A stretch of DNA of 64,000 nt from assembly GCF_000002075.1 (NCBI RefSeq), contig NW_004797358.1:612539-676538 (forward strand), in the 5' to 3' direction. This DNA comes from Aplysia californica (lineage: Eukaryota). The notes beneath the pieces are model-generated. The model saw only the letters and a list, made by a program, of their open reading frames with translations. It searched no databases and had not been told where the DNA came from. Shown here piece by piece: positions 60,001 through 64,000 of the stretch (the first letter of the stretch is position 1; each line of letters opens with the position of its first letter). The position numbers and the translations under genes were made by a program.

Positions 60001-62298
60001 CATCAGCAGTTCGGGTTCGTTCAGTGTGGAGTTTTAGTTTTTTTTTATTTTAATGACCTCTCGCCTTTCATTCTAAAGTCAAATTAAACGAAGAAAACAA
60101 TCACTCTTTCTTCCGGAAGAGGTTTTTTTGTCAGCGTAACCATTTTAAAAAAGCGTTCTTCCGAAATTTATTCAAAAACTTGCTAGTTTCACTTTGATTT
60201 TTTAAACTCAAGTAGGGTGACTCTGTTCGCAAAAGGTGCGCTTTTGTGAAGAGGGCGCCACCAAATTTTGAGGACACTTTTTTAATTGGCTCAAAGAGAG
60301 AAGTGGCCCCTCTTGTTATGTAGACTCTTTGTTATTACGCATCAGTAGGTCTACAGTTAGTAAATTTGTATCCCATTTTAAAAGACAAAGGATACTGTAA
60401 TTATCATTACCTTTTCAATAGTTAAAACCATGGAGGAGGGGGGATACACTTCGTGTTAAAAAAAAAGGAAACAAAATTACTGTGCTCAATAATTCATAGA
60501 CAAAGGCATCATTGTAAGCAATCAGTTAAAGCTGATTTTGACTCTCTTTTGCTCTATAATGATCATGTGTGAAGGCCTTGGCTATCTTAAGTCTAAGTGA
60601 AGGCCTTTTACCTATGCTTTCTAGGCCTAAGACAACGTAGTCCTTTACATTAACCATAACTCATGAAAGCTAGTAATGGCACACCTGTTCAATCTTGCAA
60701 TCACTGTGTCAAATTCAATACTTTGTGGTATGTTTTAATAACGAAACCTTTCAGCAGGATCTTACAGTAAGATTTACCCTCCTGTCTGTTTCATAAATAA
60801 TTTTCTGTTACTCGGCAAGACAACTGTTGTTTTTTTTCTCCACCTCTACTTCTCCCACAAATCTCCAACCCACCGCCTTTTTTATTTTTAAACTACTTTG
60901 TTTCACAACTAGTCAACATGGGGATCAAAACGTAAAGTTTATAGACAGTCTTTATCAGACNNNNNNNNNNNNNNNNNNNNNNNNNNNNNNNNNNNNNNNN
61001 NNNNNNNNNNNNNNNNNNNNNNNNNNNNNNNNNNNNNNNNNNNNNNNNNNNNNNNNNNNNNNNNNNNNNNNNNNNNNNNNNNNNNNNNNNNNNNNNNNNN
61101 NNNNNNNTACTCTCCCAAGCCCGCCTCACCATCTTCACCCCTCTTTTTTTGCACATATTCCCTCCCATACCGTAGCCCAGTGCCCAGGCCTACCGTATAT
61201 CCTTGTAAAGAAAAAAACGCAGTTCGCGCTGGATGACCATAGTTTGCGCCATTTTGTATGTTCCACTGGGTATGTGGCGCACGGTGCCACGAAGAGAGAG
61301 AAGAGGGTCCATTTGTTGTAAGGTCCTTGGTACGGAGGAAAAAATAGCCTTCTGTATGTTCAGAGCAAGTTAGAACTATGATGTCAAGTAAGGTACTAGT
61401 CCATGTTAGTTTTATGGCAGTGCATAGGTTTATCATACCTGATGCTAATAGGGAAATCATTGAAAAACATCAACATATTTATCCTCTTTGATCATGCGAT
61501 AATTGTTGAAGAATGGAAATGAATAGAGCTAGCAGACTGCAGGTGGTCTTCACAGTTCTAGGCTTGCTATTGGTCAGTTGCTGTGTTGCATTCACTGGAA
61601 AAAAAGGACTTCTGCTAGTTATTTCATAAAAATTTGGTTTATGTTGTGTTTATGTTTTGTTAGTATATAATATCAAGACATACTGAGCAGACTACACTGA
61701 GATCATTCTTTTGGCCCAAGTTAAGTGTATCTTGCTCAATGAAACACCCATGTGAACACCACTTTCATAAAGAACGCACTATCATTACTTGACACTGTTT
61801 ATGAACTTGCATGTATTGACCTTCTGAACACTGAAGCTACCAAAATAGCTGAACGACAATTCTTTTAAGAAGAAAAGGATATACAGTTGAACCTTCTCCA
61901 ATGGCCTAGTATCGAAGACAATTGCATATATAAATGACCATATCCTACTTCCCACTTGAGGGGGGGGGAGGGTTGTACATTATAATGACACTGTCCAAGC
62001 CATTCACCTGCCTAAGACAACCCCTTTTCTCCTTGAAAATCAGTGACTGTCTTGGACAATCTTGACTGAATATCGACAAATCCCTCCTATCATAATTTGC
62101 AGTCTTTAACTGAATATTTTGTGGTGCTTGTGTACCTACTCAGAGTAGATTTTTGTCTGATATTTTACTATTTTTTGCCTGTTGTTGCAGCATTGGACTG
62201 GTGCAAGTTCCTGGCAAAGTGGCAGGAGGCAGCCAATCAAGTGTGTGGTCCTCGAGAGATGTGTATGAATACTGAAGGCTTCTTCAAGTGTGAACCAG
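2207..62298 (+). CDS. Partial multi-exon gene (45 exons, ~1,755 aa in window) for a giant extracellular SEA-like/EGF-like/ephrin-receptor-like Cys-rich repeat protein
   Basis: Hand-spliced GT-AG exons join in phase with no stop. Order: (A-N)x2, A-G, then diverged O-X. Domain names come from motif recognition by eye (PGSTVV SEA motif; CxxCPxGxTT..A.S...C; C..G..CxNTEGxFxC), not from an HMM search. Confidence 0.88.
2580..2655 (+). repeat. 38-bp tandem duplication in intron A1-B1
   Basis: GGTTTTTCTGTCTACCAATTATTTTCTCCTTGTTTCTA x2. Confidence 0.9.
2848..2965 (+). CDS. Exon B, repeat 1 (ELAQSLTASRHNRSSVDVLLEHFYDLTPLYKIAYSEPEY)
   Basis: cgcag|...|gtaagt; 118 nt; phase 2-0. Confidence 0.9.
3335..7223. 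mobile_element. Composite TIR insertion in intron B1-C1
   Basis: ~37-bp imperfect inverted repeats at 3333-3369 and 7189-7225; internal repeats of CCAGTTAC(A/G)CG(G/A)TT; absent from the same intron in repeats 2 and 3. Confidence 0.65.
4643..5850 (-). pseudogene. Degenerate Sola1-like transposase
   Basis: Minus-strand fragments LTEGHTWMRVNRVHSTIQR, SIRPGDPIVDIK and KYKHLQELKP..DFHASYDALPHD* resemble Sola1 motifs (GHTQMExDSVHSxIE; SIRPG..GDP.V.DI). Confidence 0.65.
7306..7360 (+). CDS. Exon C, repeat 1 (DGFDVHFEFPIKPEVTFV)
   Basis: cccag|...|gtaagt; 55 nt; phase 0-1. Confidence 0.9.
7956..8068 (+). CDS. Exon D, repeat 1; start of SEA-like domain (YKARLVFFSVVLNKNFSDIWYQWSDTAIKLGERMGEL)
   Basis: gacag|...|gtaggt; 113 nt; phase 1-0. 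Confidence 0.9.
8375..8430 (+). CDS. Exon E, repeat 1 (AADEFGDLGYLYGKLDQI)
   Basis: ttcag|...|gtaagt; 56 nt; phase 0-2. Confidence 0.9.
8798..9009 (+). CDS. Exon F, repeat 1; second half of SEA-like domain
   Basis: tgcag|...|gtgagt; 212 nt; phase 2-1; inside ORF 8682..9041. Confidence 0.9.
9185..13832 (-). mobile_element. Near full-length degenerate RTE-clade LINE, interrupted by a Chapaev element
   Basis: APE fragments (IKIGTW, HGVAFII) and RT fragments (KAPGPDDI, YRGISLLS, FADD, KYLGS, RGRPRKRW); AAAGT-type tail; TSD GTGTTCATA at 9176-9184 and 13833-13841. Confidence 0.92.
9901..11864 (+). mobile_element. Chapaev-type (CMC/Transib-related) DNA transposon, internally deleted
   Basis: CAC...GTG termini; 4-bp TSD GGTA at 9897-9900 and 11865-11868; RAG1-N-like relic from 10533; QAYHSRSFIGNHCHK and PKHHIVENH...GEQGGERIHA transposase relics; removing it restores the LINE frame (LQNHTT-KLNN). 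Confidence 0.85.
14077..15023. mobile_element. hAT-like MITE spanning an assembly gap
   Basis: TIRs CAGACCTGTCA / TCGGCAGGCCTG; degenerate 8-bp TSD gtgaaccc/gcgaactc; subterminal CCTGAT repeats. Confidence 0.55.
15311..15412 (+). CDS. Exon G, repeat 1; 4-Cys EGF-like (VSWCDVVETVSVPGHCGKEFTCTEKTVFKNCSG); one of two identical assembled copies
   Basis: ctcag|...|gtttgt; 102 nt; phase 1-1. Confidence 0.7.
16103..16117 (+). CDS. Microexon H, repeat 1 (AWKTS); one of two identical assembled copies
   Basis: Long pyrimidine tract, catag|CTTGGAAAACCTCAA|gtgagt; 15 nt. Confidence 0.65.
16422..16557 (+). CDS. Exon I, repeat 1; first half of SEA domain (FLRFEIDKDFDASDSWAVEVAVRANVSELLESLNSEYHVAVIHV); one of two identical copies
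   Basis: cacag|...|gtaagt; 136 nt; phase 1-2. Confidence 0.7.
16944..17617 (+). mobile_element. MITE family A, gap-truncated duplicate of 19868-20888
   Basis: Left TIR CTCATTCGCTAC. Confidence 0.8.
17719..17797 (+). repeat. (CA)n microsatellite beside a gap
   Basis: Seen directly. Confidence 0.95.
18235..18336 (+). CDS. Exon G, repeat 1 (second identical assembled copy)
   Basis: Offset +2924 copy of 15311-15412. Confidence 0.7.
19027..19041 (+). CDS. Microexon H, repeat 1 (second identical assembled copy)
   Basis: Offset +2924 copy of 16103-16117. Confidence 0.65.
19346..19481 (+). CDS. Exon I, repeat 1 (second identical copy, contiguous with exon J)
   Basis: Offset +2924 copy of 16422-16557. 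Confidence 0.72.
19868..20888 (+). mobile_element. piggyBac-type MITE family A (~1.03 kb)
   Basis: TIR CTCATTCGCTAC / GTAGTGAATGAG followed by TTAA; absent at the paralogous site near 37327. Confidence 0.85.
21071..21264 (+). CDS. Exon J, repeat 1; second half of SEA domain with PGSTVV motif
   Basis: tacag|...|gtaagt; 194 nt; phase 2-1. Confidence 0.9.
21689..21772 (+). CDS. Exon K, repeat 1; 4-Cys EGF-like (LHSICYMGFECPEGSRCVATNSIPICE)
   Basis: tccag|...|gtaaga; 84 nt; phase 1-1. Confidence 0.9.
22261..22368 (+). CDS. Exon L, repeat 1; ephrin-receptor-like Cys-rich (PCDYGEFRERDAGCEMCPNGTTTLVPEAISQHMCV)
   Basis: ctcag|...|gtgagt; 108 nt; phase 1-1. Confidence 0.9.
23027..23134 (+). CDS. 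Exon M, repeat 1; Cys-rich (NCSSAQVLSLETLECQDCPDGFYPDSDPPVCYVNS)
   Basis: ctcag|...|gtaagt; 108 nt; phase 1-1. Confidence 0.9.
23467..23650 (+). CDS. Exon N, repeat 1 (LPVENRRMDIHLTVTLVTNRCDEENTNFSKANVTRGLKDMARGLISARFYTAQDLSRTVY)
   Basis: gacag|...|gtgagt; 184 nt; phase 1-2, joins exon A in frame. Confidence 0.9.
24156..27940. mobile_element. Foldback-type MITE (~64-bp TIRs, internal ~57-bp and ~215-bp tandem units) split by the RTE insertion
   Basis: Left end ATGTTCTGCACAATTTA...TTTTAACAATCGTACAATTG mirrors 24734-24761 joined to 27905-27940. Confidence 0.7.
24762..27892 (+). mobile_element. Full-length but disabled RTE-clade LINE (APE + RT)
   Basis: GTWNV, GLCETRW, GDFNA, NQIDH and DSDY APE motifs; RT motifs YRGIMLL, QAGFR, FVDYEKAFD, GVRQGCLLSP, YLGS; 12-bp TSD AAAATATGCAGC at 24750-24761 and 27893-27904; (AG)n tail; frameshifts; FADD motif missing. 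Confidence 0.95.
28375..28519 (+). mobile_element. Short 5' endonuclease fragment of another RTE-like LINE
   Basis: LNIATWNVRKMYQ..KLDHIEQEM..LGLSEVRW with frameshifts. Confidence 0.65.
29028..29165 (+). CDS. Exon A, repeat 2
   Basis: Identical to 2207-2344. Confidence 0.9.
29638..29755 (+). CDS. Exon B, repeat 2
   Basis: gtcag|...|gtaagt; 118 nt. Confidence 0.9.
29854..30893 (+). mobile_element. piggyBac-type MITE family A (1,040 bp)
   Basis: TTAA on both sides; empty site ...atgTTAAggtcagtgtg at ~3047 and ~41952. Confidence 0.92.
31227..31281 (+). CDS. Exon C, repeat 2
   Basis: cacag|...|gtaagt; 55 nt. Confidence 0.9.
31891..32003 (+). CDS. Exon D, repeat 2
   Basis: aacag|...|gtaggt; 113 nt. 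Confidence 0.9.
32304..32359 (+). CDS. Exon E, repeat 2
   Basis: tacag|...|gtaagt; 56 nt. Confidence 0.9.
32727..32938 (+). CDS. Exon F, repeat 2
   Basis: tgcag|...|gtgagt; 212 nt. Confidence 0.9.
33223..33324 (+). CDS. Exon G, repeat 2
   Basis: ctcag|...|gtttgt; 102 nt. Confidence 0.88.
33569..33956. mobile_element. TTAA MITE (388 bp)
   Basis: TTAA-CTCTTTATCT ... AGGTAAAGAG-TTAA; absent from the repeat-1 intron near 15582. Confidence 0.8.
35636..35893 (+). pseudogene. Decayed THAP zinc-finger domain
   Basis: MGRKC*IGGCKTGY...LYGFPSDETECRAWI...VCALHFP...VPTVLPSIF; C2CH plus FP, W and PSIF signature, with three stops. Confidence 0.85.
36126..36181 (+). repeat. (GA)n microsatellite
   Basis: Seen directly. 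Confidence 0.95.
36474..36488 (+). CDS. Microexon H, repeat 2
   Basis: catag|CTTGGAAAACCTCAG|gtgagt; 15 nt. Confidence 0.8.
36802..36937 (+). CDS. Exon I, repeat 2
   Basis: cacag|...|gtaagt; 136 nt. Confidence 0.9.
37506..37699 (+). CDS. Exon J, repeat 2 (PGSTVV)
   Basis: tacag|...|gtaagt; 194 nt. Confidence 0.9.
38131..38214 (+). CDS. Exon K, repeat 2
   Basis: tccag|...|gtaaga; 84 nt. Confidence 0.9.
38705..38812 (+). CDS. Exon L, repeat 2
   Basis: ctcag|...|gtgagt; 108 nt. Confidence 0.9.
39250..39920. mobile_element. TTAA MITE (671 bp)
   Basis: TIR (T/C)TCTTTCCGG(G/A)CGTA; flanks CTAA and TTAA; empty site gcctTTAAtg near 22711. Confidence 0.8.
40232..40339 (+). CDS. Exon M, repeat 2
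   Basis: ttcag|...|gtaagt; 108 nt. Confidence 0.9.
40672..40855 (+). CDS. Exon N, repeat 2
   Basis: gacag|...|gtgagt; 184 nt. Confidence 0.9.
41304..41441 (+). CDS. Exon A, repeat 3
   Basis: Identical to the other two A exons. Confidence 0.9.
41742..41859 (+). CDS. Exon B, repeat 3
   Basis: ggcag|...|gtaagt; 118 nt. Confidence 0.9.
42252..42306 (+). CDS. Exon C, repeat 3
   Basis: cacag|...|gtaagt; 55 nt. Confidence 0.9.
42912..43024 (+). CDS. Exon D, repeat 3
   Basis: gacag|...|gtaggt; 113 nt. Confidence 0.9.
43335..43390 (+). CDS. Exon E, repeat 3
   Basis: tacag|...|gtaagt; 56 nt. Confidence 0.9.
43758..43969 (+). CDS. Exon F, repeat 3
   Basis: tgcag|...|gtgagt; 212 nt. Confidence 0.9.
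44261..44362 (+). CDS. Exon G, repeat 3
   Basis: ctcag|...|gtttgt; 102 nt. Confidence 0.88.
45239..45385 (+). CDS. Exon O; ephrin-receptor-like Cys-rich (DLCPIGQNNDIGECVSCPIEQYTDDGQCVPCPEGYTTLTEMALSADECI); diverged paralog of L
   Basis: ctcag|...|gtatgc; 147 nt; phase 1-1. Confidence 0.9.
45920..46069 (+). CDS. Exon P; Cys-rich (KCKAGTGFSWLSMSCEKCVAPQYNNGSDKVCYFCPYTTNLSYACDNSDP); paralog of M
   Basis: ctcag|...|gtaatt; 150 nt; phase 1-1. Confidence 0.88.
46755..47185 (+). repeat. Old dispersed repeat family B (other copies near 9150+13842-15170, 22540-22880, 38980-40095, 49640-49980, 56175-57645, 63080-63590, 63715-64000)
   Basis: Recurring motifs CATCAT.GTGAAATCAGGCA.TCGTCAAAAT, TTTCCAAGGACTCTC, GAACAAGCTTTAAGATGATACC in both orientations. 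Confidence 0.75.
47731..47887 (+). CDS. Exon Q (RSDNTSFLDISISVNLTLTSCDMLKMMPDVSPEEVINGMMQYVTRTLNGGS); paralog of N
   Basis: tccag|...|gtaata; 157 nt; phase 1-2. Confidence 0.85.
49467..49586 (+). CDS. Exon R (GLCQPEGECNNIQTVLGNDYCSDIGDRVLVPLNIHLFNV); paralog of A
   Basis: tacag|...|gtaagt; 120 nt; phase 2-2; shares the GLC.P..C.NI start and split TGG codon with A. Confidence 0.88.
50295..50586. mobile_element. Short MITE with ~45-bp TIRs, related to dispersed repeat family B
   Basis: GCGCTCATATGACCTTAT..GAGCGCCGTAAAACCT inverted at both ends; interior shares TGAACA.GCTTTAAGAT.ATACC with family B. Confidence 0.75.
52101..52203 (+). CDS. Exon S (EEVVLRDGRSQHAVEVFLQTLANMPKFAYYNPSM); paralog of B
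   Basis: ttcag|...|gtaagt; 103 nt; phase 2-0. Confidence 0.85.
53694..53751 (+). CDS. Exon T (VAYEPVFSLPTISVDIRHS); paralog of C
   Basis: ttcag|...|gtaatg; 58 nt; phase 0-1. Confidence 0.8.
53989..54039 (+). repeat. (GA)n microsatellite
   Basis: Seen directly. Confidence 0.95.
54756..54871 (+). CDS. Exon U; SEA-like start (GEARRLWVTVNLNVSFEKFYTDLEDRRTRELIENMGRA); paralog of D
   Basis: aacag|...|gtatgg; 116 nt; phase 1-0. Confidence 0.85.
55110..55950 (-). mobile_element. Tc1-family transposon relic
   Basis: Minus strand QQDNTRPLTAPVTQQFLEQNN, ARSPDL, KHVWDAIQRQL and AVIAANGSHTQY* (stop at 55234-55236); outer boundaries approximate. Confidence 0.8.
56081..56136 (+). CDS. Exon V (ATQKFSHLGLIYPEFHGM); paralog of E
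   Basis: ttcag|...|gtaagc; 56 nt, same length as E; phase 0-2. Confidence 0.85.
56240..57285 (+). mobile_element. piggyBac-type MITE family A nested in a family B repeat
   Basis: TTAA-CTCATTCGCTACG ... CGTAGCGAATGAG-TTAA. Confidence 0.92.
58233..58444 (+). CDS. Exon W; SEA-like second half; paralog of F
   Basis: tgcag|...|gtacag (weak donor); 212 nt, same length as F; L(K/R)AH...G.FG...F.G...L.T.ED shared with F. Confidence 0.85.
62191..62298 (+). CDS. Exon X; EGF-like (LDWCKFLAKWQEAANQVCGPREMCMNTEGFFKCEP); paralog of G
   Basis: tgcag|...|gtcatt (weak donor); 108 nt; CxNTxGxFxC calcium-binding EGF-type motif. Confidence 0.85.
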
Positions 62299-64000
62299 GT
62301 CATTCCCTCTACTGTCATATTTGTTAGCAGTTCATTGTAACTGTGGACAAGCTGTCTAAAGTACATATTCGGGGAATAAGTAGACCAACAGACAAGACGT
62401 GTCTTTTCCGAACTGTGTGGACACACAAGACGGAAACAACCCGACTGATTTTCCTCCTCCCAACAAAAAATTGGGTCATGTCTGTCCCAAATGGACACGA
62501 AGGCTGAACCTTTTAAAATCTGAAGAAACTACCCTCAGGGATTTTTAAAAAGCAGTTATCAACGAATTTTCTAGAATACAACTAGCAGGTGTTTACAAAA
62601 GTATTGATTTTTTAAAGACAAATTGATACAAGTCATTGTGCAAAAGCTGGATACTTTATGTGCGATAGTTAAGGAAACATTTGACAATAAGTTGCACCAT
62701 GAATTTTTGACCACACTATAGTGAAAAAAATTCAAAGGGATGAAAAAACGCATTTTGTCTGTCTGTCCTCTCAGTGGTAGTTTATCTAACTTGATCCTTT
62801 TCAGGCGTGGAAAAGTGTTTATAACTCTGTACTTGAGAGAAAAGTAGCCGGCATATACAAAAAAAGCCCTGTTTATTTGGCATCTTTTGATAGTGAGCAG
62901 ATCATGAGTCAGAGACTAGCATCTGTGGTAAAATGGTCAATTTATGCCTTACTCGCACAAGGTGAGGCTTCCATCTCACAGTGGGGAAGTTATTTCATTG
63001 AACGTTCCTGTCTGTTTTTCTATTTGAATATCTCCTGTACTGCCTAGGATCAATGAAGCCTCCCTCATAGATTATCCACATTATGTTAATGAGTGCGTAA
63101 AAGCATTTACTGTGGTACAAATCTAATATGTTCTTGTATGAATGAAAGGGTCACTCATCTTATAGTAATTCCCATAATAAATGAAAATAGCATTTGCCAA
63201 ATATACACTATATTTTGCATATGTGTCGCAACATGGAGAAATCAAGCGTTCGTCAGTTTTGGGGCATATACAGTTATTGACATCATCAAGTTTGTTCATT
63301 TGTCTTGCATTTGGTGAAAGAGATACCCTTCTATTTTGAATAGAAGTGGAGATATTTGCAATTGAATGAGGAGGAAGGGGAGAGGTAAAATTAGCGAGAA
63401 AATTTGTACCTTTAATCAGTGTTTTTCGGTTACATCCACACAGAAATGTGTATTCAAAAGGACATTAAAAGTGTTGAGCCAAAAAAAAAAATTGAAAAAA
63501 ATTGCCCGCTGCCCAGAAAAATCCCGGTTTCTTTAATTTCATAGTTTTGATGAGTCCCTCATTTCACCATACTGCCTTACACATTCTTGTGATTCTGGAA
63601 AGCAGCCAGCTCAGCCAGTTATTTTATTTTTGGGAGGTAAATATGGTAAAAATATTTCCTTCTTTTTATAGTATAATCCATTTAATTCAATAGCAAAGGG
63701 ATATTTTTGCTTTCTTGCCATTTTTTCTGTATATATGTGTCACGACGTAGTAGAATTAGGCTCTCATCAATTTTTGGACATACAGGAGCTATTGTATCAT
63801 CTAAAAACTTGTTCATTTGTCTCGCTTTAAATGAAAAAATTATCCATATATCTTGAATAGAAATCAAGATATTTTGGATTGAAGGAGGATAGGAGTCACC
63901 TGGTTTCAGAGGTAGAATAAGAGAGAAAATGGCCGCCAAAGTTTGGTGACTTCCGAAGCTTGAGAGTCTTTGGAAACTGTAAATGTACATTTTTGTGCTT

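Noticed and set aside
58737-60311. CpG-richer intronic block with GGGGC..GCCCC ends, possibly a TIR element or promoter
   Set aside because: The terminal match is short, there is no TSD and no recognisable coding relic.

Overview
AT-rich invertebrate genomic scaffold (probably lophotrochozoan, by inference) with N-gaps. It has no prokaryotic features, and most listed ORFs are antisense shadows, gap-spanning frames or transposon relics. The whole window lies inside one + strand multi-exon gene whose start and stop are outside the window. From GT-AG sites and phase continuity I reconstructed 45 exons (5,267 nt, about 1,755 aa, no stop codon). They encode an extracellular protein made of SEA-like, 4-Cys EGF-like and ephrin-receptor-like (GCC2/GCC3) Cys-rich modules. 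The exons form two complete 14-exon, 541-aa tandem repeats (A-N), a third partial copy (A-G) and an older, highly diverged repeat with the same intron phases (O-X). The repeats are homogenised patchily: exon A is identical in all three copies, while SEA exons and introns have diverged. Each complete repeat carries a GSTVV SEA autoproteolysis-type motif and a 15-nt microexon. The introns hold nested, copy-specific transposons: two RTE-clade LINEs with TSDs, Rex1-like LINEs, several TTAA (piggyBac-type) MITE families, and Sola1, Tc1, THAP and hAT-like relics. One is a Chapaev-type element with a RAG1-N-terminal-like domain and bipartite, asymmetric (14/7-nt spacer) RSS-like termini. A 2.7-kb identical duplication between two gaps is probably an assembly artefact.
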